A stretch of 32,000 nucleotides of DNA. Source: Mucisphaera calidilacus (GTDB lineage Bacteria; Planctomycetota; Phycisphaerae; Phycisphaerales; Phycisphaeraceae). The first letter of the stretch is position 1; each line of letters starts with the position of its first letter. The stretch is from the NCBI RefSeq assembly GCF_007748075.1, contig NZ_CP036280.1:2970001-3002000 (forward strand), given 5' to 3'. The position numbers and the translations under genes were made by a program. Shown in pieces: positions 9,301 to 25,133 of the stretch. The notes below the pieces were generated by a model. That model was not told the origin of the DNA, did no database searches, and saw nothing but the letters and a program-made list of their open reading frames with translations.

Positions 9301-9523
9301 GCACTTGTTTCTCCGCAGCATCCTTACCCCGCAGGGTCGAGAGAGACAGGGCTAGCAGGTGCTCGAGGTGCTGGGCGATAGCCGCGTGAGCCTCGTCGGC
9401 ATCGATATCAGACGTGCGCTTCGGCAGAAGGCCTCCGTCGCGATCGAGCTGCTCGCGCAAGGCTCCTGTCAAGAGCTGGTCGTAGAGACCGGGGGGCAGC
9501 CTGGGGGCTTCAGACTGGGGCAT
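6395..9523 (-). CDS. PLD/HKD-family nuclease domain + SF2 (ResIII/DEAD-like) helicase + C-terminal DUF3427-type domain; 1042-aa fusion protein
   Basis: The HKD motif is TRLHAKAYLVHRATGFGSAYVGSANLSRAAL. Helicase motif I is MVAATGTGKT, motif II is VVIDEFHH and motif III is GLTATPER, followed by a Helicase_C region (FCVSIAHA...LRPTESLTLYLQQLGRGLR). The C-terminus is LALHARYTRDEIL...FFVTLQKTEDAYSPTTMYEDYAISDRLFHWQSQS...LLFVRE...YVFLGSAGYVSHEGSRPVSIVWRLEHAMP, which matches my memory of DUF3427. Confidence 0.85.
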   Translation of the reverse strand: MPQSEAPRLPPGLYDQLLTGALREQLDRDGGLLPKRTSDIDADEAHAAIAQHLEHLLALSLSTLRGKDAAEKQVRLVDRLIATLREELGDDWGERFRLDNPLRRLLAVHAKDEPGSLKRPDTPLARSALLTGTRVDPSLASQLAAEFAAADRVDILCSFIKWSGLRLLLDSLKSLTATPHPEGLPRLRIISTSYMGATDPKAIEALAALPHTEIKVSYDTERTRLHAKAYLVHRATGFGSAYVGSANLSRAALSEGLEWTSKISQYELAHLWQKVTATFESYWNDAEFEAYAADAPERLRRAIDREKQWGAVSMGEMPAFDLRPYPFQEEILDALAAERQVRDKHRHLMVAATGTGKTMIAGFDYHRWAAGSRPSLLFIAHREEILRQALGTFRGILRDQNFGDLLVGGEHPEQHDHLFCSIQRYNSRGLHQLPPDRFDYVVIDEFHHAAAPSYQRLLEWIQPRVLLGLTATPERADGLDVLKHFGGEATAEVRLPDAIERRLLCPFHYFGVADSVDLQGIRWQRGGYNVEDLDQLYTGNDVRAGLVLEKVYQTLLDPRAARGLGFCVSIAHASFMARFFNQHGVPAMSLSSESSDEERCSARERLVRREINFIFVVDLYNEGVDIPEVDTVLFLRPTESLTLYLQQLGRGLRLNDEKDCLTVLDFIGTQRREFRFASRFRALSTDPTGRLEQEIENGFPHLPSGSFIQLERVAQQRVLENVRQSLNLRRPQMIRDLRELGRHLDRPPRLHEALEYLDTTLDEVLKRGLWSRLLHDAELVAEPNVRDEDQLAKGIRRLAHLDDPAHIRFLLGHLQKDLLDDPLRDLRRSILHGTLWGSGGISMGLDEADQRLQGQHSVVSDLKAVMEYRLRNTQTAGGPLDSNLTGPLALHARYTRDEILIGLGHWTQTHRPDFREGVLHLSEKRIDAFFVTLQKTEDAYSPTTMYEDYAISDRLFHWQSQSTTSVESKTGQRYIYHQAVGYTPLLFVRERKYGPGGLAMPYVFLGSAGYVSHEGSRPVSIVWRLEHAMPQRIGRIAKSSVA

Positions 9524-9573
9524 TCATCCAGGATAACCGGGGTGTGACCTGATGATGGCGCGGATGTGATGCG

Positions 9574-16845
<7,272 letters not shown>

Positions 16846-17025
16846 GCCGACACTCTAACTATTGTGTTGCCAAAGAGCTAGAACGTTTCATCCGCGAACC
16901 TGTGTGTCTCGTCCTGATTCATCGTGACATCCTAGCGTCACAATCATCTAAGTCCGTCGGACACAACAACTTGACGAAGCCGCGAACCCGCTCATACACA
17001 TCGGCCTGCTTCGGGTTCGCGGCCC
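16846..17025 (-). promoter_or_regulatory. CRISPR leader (about 180 bp, lower GC) between the cas2 stop and the first repeat
   Basis: It sits next to the perfectly conserved end of the array and immediately downstream of cas2. It is visibly more AT-rich than its flanks. It contains a truncated repeat-like fragment, gtttcatccgcgaacc, at 16885-16900. Confidence 0.65.
16979..17023 (-). terminator. 12-bp perfect-stem hairpin directly after the cas2 stop codon
   Basis: GCCGCGAACCCG (16979-16990) pairs with CGGGTTCGCGGC (17012-17023) around a 21-nt loop. On the minus-strand RNA it is followed by uucgucaaguuguugugu. The loop is large, so the terminator call is tentative. Confidence 0.4.
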
Positions 17026-17316
17026 CTAGACGATGAGCGGGGCGTCGGGATCGGAAGACTGGTCCCGGCCGACGTGTTCGACCCTGCCATGCCAATGTTT
17101 GCCCAGGTTATAGAACCGCAGGCTGTCCGTCTTTGGGTTGATCAGGTCGGTCAGTGCGGCCTTAAGCCGTGTGTACTGGCCTGGGTCGAGTTTGCACTCG
17201 AACACGGAGGCCTGGACACGCTGGCCCCAATCGAGGCAGGCCTTGGCGACACGGCGAAGACGGCGTTTGCCGCCCTCTGCCGAGGTCGAGACGTCGTAGG
17301 TGATCAGGATGTGCAC
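17026..17316 (-). CDS. cas2: CRISPR-associated endoribonuclease Cas2
   Basis: 96 aa with a GTG start: HILITYDVSTSAEGGKRRLRRVAKACLDWGQRVQASVFEC...DSLRFY. This is the typical Cas2 ferredoxin-fold signature. It is the last gene of the operon and starts 2 nt after the cas1 stop. Confidence 0.95.
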   Translation of the reverse strand: MHILITYDVSTSAEGGKRRLRRVAKACLDWGQRVQASVFECKLDPGQYTRLKAALTDLINPKTDSLRFYNLGKHWHGRVEHVGRDQSSDPDAPLIV

Positions 17317-17318
17317 GT

Positions 17319-18353
17319 CTATCTCCAGATGAAGGCGGGGTAAGTGTCCAGTTCGCCACGCAGCACGCGGCTGAGCAGACGCGCCTGCAGGTGAATGAGC
17401 AGGCCAACCGTGGTCGATTCCTGCAGGTAGGGGTGTTGGATCGTCTCCTGCTTGCGGTTCTGGTAGGCGGCCAGGACGGTGCGGCGAGTCTGGTCGGTGA
17501 ACCGGATCGCCCCGCCTTCGATGGCCTCAAAGTCCTTGCGGGTGAGTTGTCTGCGGTTGATCAGGCTGAGGGCAAGACGGTCGCAGAGGAAGCTGCGAAG
17601 CTCTTCCATCAGGTCCAGAGCGAGAGACGGCCGTCCCGGGCGGTCACGGTGCAGGAAGCCAACAGCGGGGTCGAGGCCGCACGCCTCGCAGGCAGAGCGG
17701 GCGTCGTGACCGAGCATGGCGTAGAGGAAGCTGAGGATGCAGTTGAAGCGGTCGCGGGGCGGACGCTTTGAGCGTCCTTGCATGATGAAAGCCTCCCGGT
17801 CCTCACTCTTGATTGTCACGAGGTTGCTTAGCACAGCGAAGTAGGCGTTGGCGGCTTCACCCTCGATCCCCCGCAGGTGATCGAGGCTCTCGGCGGAGAG
17901 GGCGGCTTCGGCGTTCGGGGCCATGCGAGCGCAGGCGGCGGCGAGTCGTCCTTCGGCGTCGCCATGGTCACGGATCCCGCGCATCAGGGTGGTTCGGCTG
18001 TTGGCTATCTTGGCGGCGACCATCGGCCCGGCGATGGTCAGGCAGCGCGCATCATCATCGGCGGCCCGGTACTGGTCGCGGCGGAGCAGGACGTTGCCCG
18101 GCGTAAAGCCGGTCACGCGGGCCTGCAGCCTGCCGGTGCCGCTGAGGAAGGAGACGGCGACGCCCGCTTCGGCGCAGAGGGTGAGGACGGCGGTCGAGGC
18201 GTTGATGCGTCCGAAGCAGACGACGCCTCCGATGGTGTGGATTGGCACGCGTAGTTTCGTTTCGTCGTCGACGCAGACGAGGATGTTCTGGCCTTCTTTG
18301 CGCAGCCAGGTGCCGTCCGTCTGGACGAAGAGCGTGTTGAGGTGGTGTTTCAC
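17319..18353 (-). CDS. cas1: CRISPR-associated integrase Cas1 (type I-C)
   Basis: The track ORF runs to 18470, but the GTG at 18353 (VKHHLNTLFVQTDGTWLRKEGQNILV) overlaps the cas4 stop as GTGA. It gives about 344 aa with the usual Cas1 N-terminus. The family signature LNTLYV...G is conserved. Confidence 0.93.
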   Translation of the reverse strand: MKHHLNTLFVQTDGTWLRKEGQNILVCVDDETKLRVPIHTIGGVVCFGRINASTAVLTLCAEAGVAVSFLSGTGRLQARVTGFTPGNVLLRRDQYRAADDDARCLTIAGPMVAAKIANSRTTLMRGIRDHGDAEGRLAAACARMAPNAEAALSAESLDHLRGIEGEAANAYFAVLSNLVTIKSEDREAFIMQGRSKRPPRDRFNCILSFLYAMLGHDARSACEACGLDPAVGFLHRDRPGRPSLALDLMEELRSFLCDRLALSLINRRQLTRKDFEAIEGGAIRFTDQTRRTVLAAYQNRKQETIQHPYLQESTTVGLLIHLQARLLSRVLRGELDTYPAFIWR

Positions 18354-19027
18354 GGCGAGCCCTCCGTATCGAGACTGATGCGGAGCGAGCGGATCAGGTA
18401 CTGCCCCGGTCGGCGGCTGAGGCCCGTGGCGGCGGGCATGCAGAGGTGGAGGAGTGAACAGTTCCTGCACTTCGGCTCTTGTTTCGCGGCGGGGACGGTG
18501 TTCGTTTCAAGGTAGCCGCGGACCTCGTCGACGGTTCGCTCGACTACCTTTCGTAGATGGGCGTCGATGGTGACTGTCTCGCGTCGGCGGACAGCGTGAT
18601 AAAAGAGTTCCCCCTTCGGAACCTCCACTCCGAGCATCTCTTCGAGGCAGATGGCCTGAGCGGCGAGTTGAACGCGGTCGTGATCGAGACGTTTCGGGTT
18701 ACCGCGTTTGTGCTCCACAGGCCGCGGCGGCCCGGCGGGACAGCCTTCCGAGTCCAACGGGAACTCGACGACATCAGCACGGCCCGTCAGCCCGAGCCGC
18801 CGGTGGACCAGGGGCATTGCGCGGACGCAACGCACCCCGTGATCCTCGACGGCCCGGGTGCGGTGGCCGGGCGTATCCGATCGCTCGTGAAGCACCTTGC
18901 CTTCGCTCGTGAGCCGGTTCTCGGCCCATAGCCCGTCGACGTGGATCAGTGCGCACTGACGCGGGCAGAAAAGGTAGTGCTGCAACGCCGAGATCGGGAT
19001 CAGGTCTTCGTCGGCGTAGCCGGCCAC
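18350..19027 (-). CDS. cas4: CRISPR-associated exonuclease Cas4 (RecB-like, Fe-S cluster cysteines)
   Basis: 225 aa with a GTG start. It has ISALQHYLFCPRQCAL near the N-terminus and CRNCSLLHLC near the C-terminus, the four-Cys Cas4 pattern. It also has a DVVE...HKRG PD-(D/E)XK core. Confidence 0.93.
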   Translation of the reverse strand: MAGYADEDLIPISALQHYLFCPRQCALIHVDGLWAENRLTSEGKVLHERSDTPGHRTRAVEDHGVRCVRAMPLVHRRLGLTGRADVVEFPLDSEGCPAGPPRPVEHKRGNPKRLDHDRVQLAAQAICLEEMLGVEVPKGELFYHAVRRRETVTIDAHLRKVVERTVDEVRGYLETNTVPAAKQEPKCRNCSLLHLCMPAATGLSRRPGQYLIRSLRISLDTEGSP

Positions 19028-19029
19028 GA

Positions 19030-19938
19030 TCAGGGCTCGACCCAGGTCTCCGCCGTGACGCCTTGCGGCAGGTCGTCGAGTCTTGTCTCGAGGGTGTAGT
19101 CCTCAAAGGCTCGCGCCGGCCGGTTCTCGTCACGCTTCGACGGCTTGAGCTTGTAATCCACGCGGCTCAGCAACTGGTCGGCACGGGCGTTGCCAAGCGA
19201 CGAGTCGTGCTTGAAGGCGAAGCAGTGTCGAGGCCTCATCTGTCCGCGGGCGGCGGAGTGGTCGATCTCGAACATCATGTTGAGAGCACGCTTGAGCAGC
19301 TCGAGGTCCTCCTCAGAGAAGCCGGTGCCGTGACGCTCGGGGTCGGCGAGGTGCGGGCTGATGTAGCCGTGTACCCGGTAGAGGCCGTACGGGATGGTGA
19401 ACTTACGGCCCATGGTGCGCTCCTTCTCAAGATCTTTCTCGTTGGTCACAGCGCAGCGCGTGACGCTGTGCTCAAGGGTGATCAGCGGGTCGACGGAGCG
19501 GGCGAAGCCGAGCTGGACCGGGCCGCGGACTTGCCCGCAGTTGATCTCGGTGCTCATAACGGCTCCGAAGGTTCGAATGTCGAAGAAGTTTTGGCACATC
19601 CAGGCGGTCAGTTCGCGTGCTTTGGCCTGGTCTTTGGGCAGTTTCTTTTTTTCGGGCTTGAGCTTGAGTGCCTCGTAGGCCCGTGTGTGTTGCCCGTTGA
19701 GTACAGCCTTTTCCTTGACGTAGATCTCGTGGGGCGGTTGTTCGCCGAACTCGACGCCTACGAAGTTTCGGATCTTGCGTTTGAGGCAGACGTCGGTCAC
19801 GAGCCCCTGCCCGGTCTCGGGGTCGATGCGAGGGAGGTTGCCGGCGTCAGGATCGCCGTTAGGGTTACCGTCGAGGACATCGAAGAAGTAAACGAAGTCG
19901 TAGCGGTTGGTGATGGCGGTATCGGTGGCGGTGGTCAT
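19030..19938 (-). CDS. cas7: Cascade backbone subunit Cas7c (Csd2)
   Basis: 302 aa beginning [49 protein letters not shown], the hallmark Csd2 N-terminus. Its ATG overlaps the cas8c stop as ATGA. Confidence 0.95.
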   Translation of the reverse strand: MTTATDTAITNRYDFVYFFDVLDGNPNGDPDAGNLPRIDPETGQGLVTDVCLKRKIRNFVGVEFGEQPPHEIYVKEKAVLNGQHTRAYEALKLKPEKKKLPKDQAKARELTAWMCQNFFDIRTFGAVMSTEINCGQVRGPVQLGFARSVDPLITLEHSVTRCAVTNEKDLEKERTMGRKFTIPYGLYRVHGYISPHLADPERHGTGFSEEDLELLKRALNMMFEIDHSAARGQMRPRHCFAFKHDSSLGNARADQLLSRVDYKLKPSKRDENRPARAFEDYTLETRLDDLPQGVTAETWVEP

Positions 19939-20312
19939 TCTGAGGTCTCCTCGGAAACAGGGGTTTCGGATTTCTTAGTAAACAGGTCCTGACGCTGGTG
20001 GTAATAGCCGATCTGGAAGAGGCCCTGCTCTTCCAGCTTGAGCTGCTTCGGGAAGGTCTCGAGATGCGAGCAGACCTCCTGAATCAGCTTCTCACGGTTC
20101 GTCTTGAAGCCTGGGTCGAGCTTGGCGAGGTGATGCTGGCTCAGCCTGAGCAGTCTGGGGAAGACCGCTGCCGGCGTCGCCGAGGCGCTGCTGAAATAGC
20201 CTTCACGAATCGTTCTGTTGGTTCCGGGCAGAGCGTCGGTCTGGGTTTTCTCCAGAACCGCAAAGAGTCTGCCCAACTGGTAGGGGCCTGGCCCGTCGGG
20301 ATTCAGTGACAC
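19935..20312 (-). CDS. cas11c: Putative Cas11c small subunit, translated from an internal in-frame start within cas8c (125 aa)
   Basis: An in-frame GTG at 20312-20310 is preceded by a perfect AGGAGG (20323-20318) with 5-nt spacing, embedded in codons Q-E-V-P-V. The product begins [24 protein letters not shown] and is helical. Internal translation of Cas11 from the 3' part of cas8c is experimentally established for type I-C systems. Confidence 0.55.
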   Translation of the reverse strand: MSLNPDGPGPYQLGRLFAVLEKTQTDALPGTNRTIREGYFSSASATPAAVFPRLLRLSQHHLAKLDPGFKTNREKLIQEVCSHLETFPKQLKLEEQGLFQIGYYHQRQDLFTKKSETPVSEETSE

Positions 20313-21785
20313 GGGAACCTCCTGAAATCTGCCGCCGGGACCCGCGAGGACCCTTCTGCGGCGGGTGATGCAGGCCTTGACGATCGCGGCCCGCGTGTGG
20401 GTGATCACGCCATCTGTCCGCACCCTGCGAACGATGGCTTCGAGAAGTGACTGGGGGTAAGGCCCGCCTGAGAAGACGGACCGTGCGACCTCGCCGGCGA
20501 GTTTGTGGGCGATGGCCTTCGCGTCCGGTTTGGGGGGGGTGCCGTCGTGCCGTGCCGTGGCCTGCAGCACACGAAAGATGGTCATAGGCCGCCCCTGTTC
20601 ACGTGGAGGGACGGGGAGCAGCCTGGCGTCGGCGTGGTGCTGTGCGACACGTTCGAGCATGTCACGCAGCGGGCCTGACCACCAGAAGCGGACGCTCAGG
20701 CGAGCGGCGTTGGGTGAGAGCCCGAGCACGTGGAACCCCTCGTCCACCCCGTCGAGGTCGGGCAACTCGCCTCGAGTGAGCTTCTGAATCGCCGTCTTGA
20801 GACGTTCGCGGTCTGCCGCGTCTTCGGCAGCAACCGCGTCATGATCCTCGCTGTCCTCGTCGAAGGTGTTGAAGAATCGAGCAAAGGCGGCCTTGGCCAT
20901 CACGTCCTCGGCGACTTTTGCTTCCGGGCTGTCGACCCACCAGACTGCCGTGGTGTCGCCGATCTGTTCGACACGATCACGATCCGCAAGGAGGCGTTTG
21001 AGCACCGTGCAGTACTTGAAGGCCTCTTCTTGACTGACAGGGGCGTTGTGCCCCTGCTTCTTGCCGTAACTCTCCGAAGCCTCGCTGTTGAACGAGACGA
21101 TGGTGGCGCCTGCGCTTTGTGCCCCCCAGACGCCCTGAATCTTCGGCTCGTGGAGCCGCGCGATGGTCCTGGGCAACCCTGAAATCAGTGACTGTGCGTG
21201 CTGTTCCGTGCTGTCCTCTGCGCCGGACGGCTGAGCCTGTAGCGTTCGCTGGTACCAGCCGTCGACACCGCGTCTTTGGTGGACGTAACCACGCTCGCCA
21301 TCCAGACGAAACAGACCGAAGGATGACAGGTAGGCACAAGTCGCCTCATCGGGCTCGAACGCTACAGAATCCCACGTCTCTAGGAAGCGGCAGACCGCGT
21401 CGAATCCTTCGTCATTGATCTCCTTGCGCAAGTCCAGGTGATGATCTCGGTAGGCCTCGAAGCTGGCACGGGTACGCTCGGGTTTGGGGTCGTCCGCTTT
21501 CCACCCCAGCAGGTAGGCGGCGTTGTCCCAGAGCAGGCAGGGATTCAGGCCAGAGCCGGACGGTTTCGCCTGTCCCGCTACACGAACCTGGCGTGCGAGC
21601 AGCTTCTGCTTGCCGCCAGTCGTCTCCACGGGTACACGAGCGTCTGCGATCTCGACCAGCTTTCCACTGGGATTGAGAACCACACAGAAACTGATCTTCT
21701 GCAGGCTGTAGCCGAAAGGCACGACCTCCGCTTCCGGGTCGGCAACGAGGCGGTCGTAGTAATCAATGAGTGAGGGGAGAATCAC
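19935..21785 (-). CDS. cas8c: Cascade large subunit Cas8c (Csd1)
   Basis: 616 aa with a GTG start overlapping the cas5 stop as GTGA. The N-terminus [45 protein letters not shown] matches the Csd1 family pattern. Confidence 0.95.
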   Translation of the reverse strand: MILPSLIDYYDRLVADPEAEVVPFGYSLQKISFCVVLNPSGKLVEIADARVPVETTGGKQKLLARQVRVAGQAKPSGSGLNPCLLWDNAAYLLGWKADDPKPERTRASFEAYRDHHLDLRKEINDEGFDAVCRFLETWDSVAFEPDEATCAYLSSFGLFRLDGERGYVHQRRGVDGWYQRTLQAQPSGAEDSTEQHAQSLISGLPRTIARLHEPKIQGVWGAQSAGATIVSFNSEASESYGKKQGHNAPVSQEEAFKYCTVLKRLLADRDRVEQIGDTTAVWWVDSPEAKVAEDVMAKAAFARFFNTFDEDSEDHDAVAAEDAADRERLKTAIQKLTRGELPDLDGVDEGFHVLGLSPNAARLSVRFWWSGPLRDMLERVAQHHADARLLPVPPREQGRPMTIFRVLQATARHDGTPPKPDAKAIAHKLAGEVARSVFSGGPYPQSLLEAIVRRVRTDGVITHTRAAIVKACITRRRRVLAGPGGRFQEVPVSLNPDGPGPYQLGRLFAVLEKTQTDALPGTNRTIREGYFSSASATPAAVFPRLLRLSQHHLAKLDPGFKTNREKLIQEVCSHLETFPKQLKLEEQGLFQIGYYHQRQDLFTKKSETPVSEETSE

Positions 21786-22504
21786 GCGAGCCTCCGTTCC
21801 TGATCGATGTCACGGATCACGCCGTCACGCAGCACGGCCTTGAAGAAGTGAGGCGTCCGGTCCGAAGGGTGATCGATGTCCCACAGCATGTAGCCGAGGT
21901 CACGCTCACCCGAGAGCGAGGCCCGATCGGCCTGCGCAATCACCGGGTAAGGCTCCGTGGTCCAGTCCGCTGGCAAGGGTTCCGACGGCGCGGGTACCGT
22001 GGTCTCCGGATCAACCCAGGCGAAGAATGCCTCGTGCTCCCTGCGTCCGAGATACGGGCGGTGGAAGCACTGCCCGGAGTCTGCCCGCCGCTGGAACATC
22101 CCCAGGTGCTTGCCCGCGTTGTCGCTGCCCGAGAGCGTCTCGAACCGCGCCTCGATGATGTAGTGCACGTCCCTCAGCACCTGCGCCGCGAACTGCTGAC
22201 GATCCTCGTCGGCGTAGAGCGCAATCGCGCCGGATCCCTTTTTCATCGCTGAGCCCACAGCCCCCTTGGCCGGAATCTTTGAGGCGACGCCATTGGTCCG
22301 AAGACTCATGAACCGGATCGGGCTGAGTACGTGGATCGCCGTGATGACCCAGCGGATCTCCGGTTTCCAGTAGATCGCTTCGACGATCCCCCGGGCCGCC
22401 GAGGGCGTCATGACGTCGTAGCTCACCGCTTCGACTTTCATCTCGGGCCGCGCGAAGCACGCCGTAGGCCCCCATACACGAAGACGAACACCATGCTGTG
22501 CCAT
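21782..22504 (-). CDS. cas5: Cas5d (Cas5c), pre-crRNA-processing Cascade subunit
   Basis: 240 aa beginning VRLRVWGPTACFARPEMKVEAVSYDVMTPSAARGIVEAIYWKPEIRWVI, a textbook Cas5d N-terminus. A strong GAAGGAGGTG SD sits upstream. Its ATG overlaps the cas3 stop by 1 nt. Confidence 0.95.
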   Translation of the reverse strand: MAQHGVRLRVWGPTACFARPEMKVEAVSYDVMTPSAARGIVEAIYWKPEIRWVITAIHVLSPIRFMSLRTNGVASKIPAKGAVGSAMKKGSGAIALYADEDRQQFAAQVLRDVHYIIEARFETLSGSDNAGKHLGMFQRRADSGQCFHRPYLGRREHEAFFAWVDPETTVPAPSEPLPADWTTEPYPVIAQADRASLSGERDLGYMLWDIDHPSDRTPHFFKAVLRDGVIRDIDQERRLA

Positions 22505-24789
22505 CAGACACCTCCTTCAATTAGCCACTCAGGATTCATGCCGGCACCGGGATGCAGCCCGAGTACCGGGTCATAAGCTTGTTGATACTTCAGGATGTAG
22601 ATCCCCCTGGCCATGGGCGGTTCTTCGATCACCCCGTCCGCCAGCATCGACTTCAAGGCGTGGCTGCGCACCTGAACCGCCAGACGCTGACACCGTCGCA
22701 TGAGCGAGTGATCCGCCGGGTACTTCAAGCTCCGAAGCTCATCAACCAGCAACCGGCCAACATCGTTCCATGGCACCACGACCGGCGTCGTGCTGTCGGT
22801 GATCAATTGATACCGCTCCGCCGCGGTCCGGAAATTCAGAACCATGTTCGACCCGTCAAAGCTGAAACAGCTCATCACCGGGCCCTTCACGCCATTCCGG
22901 TCACGTGCGCCGTGGTCCCACCGGTCTTGATTCTGCCAGTAGTGCTCGCGGAAATAGGCTTCGATGGCCCTAGGGCTGAGCAGGTCCTTGTGCTGGCGCA
23001 TCACCGCTCGCGCGTCGTCTGCTGCCTGTCTCGCGTAGGCTGGCGGCTGTTCGCCGGTGTCGAAGACCACCACACGCCCCGGCTCCGGCAGCTTCCCTTC
23101 ACGGTTGCATCGGCCGGAGGCTTGAGCGATCGAGTCGAGGCCAGCGATCGCGCGGTAGACCACCGGGAAGTCGATGTCCACACCCGCTTCGACCAGGCTG
23201 GTGCTGACGACCCGACAGGGTTGCTCAGCTTCGAGGCGCTCTCGGATCTGCTGCAAGACCGACGTCCGATGCTCGGCGCAGAGGTCTGTCGTCAGGAAGA
23301 AACAGGATGCGTCATCGTCTTCTTTGGTGAGACGCTCCACCAGCTGCTTATAGAGTTCGCGTGCCTGCTTCTTTGTGTGCACAACGCAGAGCACACGATC
23401 AAGGTCAGCAAGCTCCATGGCCAGGGCGTCCTGAGTCAAGGTCCGTACAGGCTCGATCGTGACACGCCGTAATGCCTGAGCCAGCGTCTTCGGTTCGGGG
23501 ATGATCTCGCGCACGCCCTCGAGCCCGATCTCGAATTCGTCCTGTCGCCAGTGAATGGCTGGTTGCGTCGCGGTGCAGAGCACGACCGTGCAGCCGTAGT
23601 TCTGCACCAACTCGTTGAGCGCCATCAGTGTCGGCTTCAGCAGGTTGACCGGGAGCATCTGGGCTTCATCGAGAATGATCACGCTATCCGCAAGGTGATG
23701 CAGCTTCCGGCAGCGACCCGGCCTGTTGTGGAACAGCGACTCGAACATCTGAACGTTGGTCGTCACAATCAGCGGGGCATCCCAGTTCTCACTCGCGAGC
23801 CGGGACCACGTGTCCTCCTCAGAGGGCTCAAAGTTCGCGTGATGCTCCAACACCGCCCCCTCCCCCGCCGAAGCAAGGGCACCTCGGAAGACTTCGGCGT
23901 TCTGCTCAATAATGCTCGTGTAGGGGATGGCGTAGATCACCCGCCTCAGGCCGTGTCGCGTTGCGTGTTCGAGGCCGAACGCCAAAGACGAGAGCGTCTT
24001 GCCACCACCCGTCGGGACGGTCAGGCTGAACAAGCCCGGCTTCTCCTCGGCTCGAGTGCGGCAGGCCTGCAGGATCTGCTGGCGGTGCCTGTTGAGTTCC
24101 GTGGGGCTCGCATTGTTCGCCAGACCACTCAGGTGCTCATCCAGAGCACGTCGGAGGGCATTCAACGATGGTGGCATGACGCGACCCCTTCTTAAGGCAC
24201 GTTCAGGCGACATAAACCACTCGGTCGCGAGGAAGTCGGCATCCACCAGCGCGGAGAAAGTCATTCGCACCAGAAACGCCAACTGGAATGCCTTGTCGTC
24301 GCGTCCCTTGCTGATGTGCTGCAGGGGCGGCAGCTCCGGGACTTCCAGTTCCAGCAGCTCTCTCGGTGCATACGGTGCCGTGAGATCCTGCTTCCGCCTC
24401 AGCCGGTCCACGAGCTCCTGATAGTCCGGCATCCCGCCATGGTGCCCCGCAATCGCCTGAGCCAGAAGTGTTCCGAAAGGTCGTTGTTTCTCGGCCAGCA
24501 AGGCACCGAAACTCGAGTGGTCAACCCGCGTGGGTGCCTGCGCACGGTCTTCATCTGTGGCCTCAAGGAGATAGTCCTGATAGCCATCAGCATACTTGCC
24601 AAGATCATGCGTCAGGGCCAGATACTCCCCCCAGGCCGAGGTCCGGAAGATCTCGGCCGCTGCCTGGGCACCCGGAAAACAACCCTCTATCCCGTAGGCG
24701 ACACGCTTGAGATGCTCGAGTACCGGCTCCCAGCCATCCTCCGGCCGTACACCTTCCTTCGTATGTGCGTAGCAGTTGCGTTGTCTCAC
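22504..24789 (-). CDS. cas3: Cas3 HD-nuclease/helicase
   Basis: 761 aa with a GTG start and a GAAGG SD 7 nt upstream. HD-domain motifs are YAHT...LALTHDLGKY...DHSSFG...IAGHHGG. Helicase motifs are TVPTGGGKT (Walker A), VIILDEAQ (motif II) and a Cas3 C-terminal domain. Confidence 0.95.
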   Translation of the reverse strand: MRQRNCYAHTKEGVRPEDGWEPVLEHLKRVAYGIEGCFPGAQAAAEIFRTSAWGEYLALTHDLGKYADGYQDYLLEATDEDRAQAPTRVDHSSFGALLAEKQRPFGTLLAQAIAGHHGGMPDYQELVDRLRRKQDLTAPYAPRELLELEVPELPPLQHISKGRDDKAFQLAFLVRMTFSALVDADFLATEWFMSPERALRRGRVMPPSLNALRRALDEHLSGLANNASPTELNRHRQQILQACRTRAEEKPGLFSLTVPTGGGKTLSSLAFGLEHATRHGLRRVIYAIPYTSIIEQNAEVFRGALASAGEGAVLEHHANFEPSEEDTWSRLASENWDAPLIVTTNVQMFESLFHNRPGRCRKLHHLADSVIILDEAQMLPVNLLKPTLMALNELVQNYGCTVVLCTATQPAIHWRQDEFEIGLEGVREIIPEPKTLAQALRRVTIEPVRTLTQDALAMELADLDRVLCVVHTKKQARELYKQLVERLTKEDDDASCFFLTTDLCAEHRTSVLQQIRERLEAEQPCRVVSTSLVEAGVDIDFPVVYRAIAGLDSIAQASGRCNREGKLPEPGRVVVFDTGEQPPAYARQAADDARAVMRQHKDLLSPRAIEAYFREHYWQNQDRWDHGARDRNGVKGPVMSCFSFDGSNMVLNFRTAAERYQLITDSTTPVVVPWNDVGRLLVDELRSLKYPADHSLMRRCQRLAVQVRSHALKSMLADGVIEEPPMARGIYILKYQQAYDPVLGLHPGAGMNPEWLIEGGV

Positions 24790-25117
24790 GGCGTCAACCT
24801 TCTAGCTTCCAAGTTCATTTGTTCTCACGGCGTCAGGTCGACGTCTCTCTATTCGAGTTTCGACCGAACCCGGCGTCTTCGAGGAAGGTCCTCAGCCTAC
24901 TCCGCATCCTCCTCTGATCACGCAGGGTGATCGGGCGGCCGCGTTGCCTGGCCAGCCGCGCAAGACGGCGGACGCGGGCCTCAGCGAATCGCCGGGCCCG
25001 GTCACGCCGCCCCTCTCCCTCCCCCCGGAAGAGGGGAACCCTCAGCTCACAACCGTCCATGCCGAATCTCCGCCGATCACGTCCCTGTGACCATCGACCC
25101 GAGTCTCGCGATCCCAC

Positions 25118-25133
25118 TGACCACCCCCTGTCA
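25118..25133. promoter_or_regulatory. 16-bp motif copy B, TGACCACCCCCTGTCA, in the cas3 upstream intergenic region
   Basis: It matches motif copy A at 26174-26189 (TGACCACCCCCCGTCA) at 15 of 16 positions. It has inverted TGAC...GTCA ends and lies 25 nt after the nuclease stop codon. Confidence 0.4.

Noticed and set aside
9540-9557. ccggggtgtgacctga upstream of the helicase-nuclease ATG as a third copy of the 16-bp TGACCACCCCCYGTCA motif
   Set aside because: It shows only partial resemblance (GGGGTG plus TGAC) and is in the opposite orientation. That is too weak to count.
18949-19992. 347-aa plus-strand ORF. Similar cases: 22552..23472 (306 aa), 23551..24195, 27838..28743 (301 aa), 3243..4082 (279 aa), 26257..26928
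   Set aside because: All are antisense shadows of confidently identified genes (cas7/cas4, cas3, the PEP-CTERM protein, PrimPol/AlpA, WYL). They have low-complexity, V/G/R-rich composition.
24853-24885. Possible degenerate CRISPR repeat (CreTA-like or orphan repeat) upstream of cas3, beginning gtttcgaccgaacc
   Set aside because: A position-by-position comparison with the 32-nt repeat gives only about 12 matches of 32, almost all in the first five bases. This is not distinguishable from chance.
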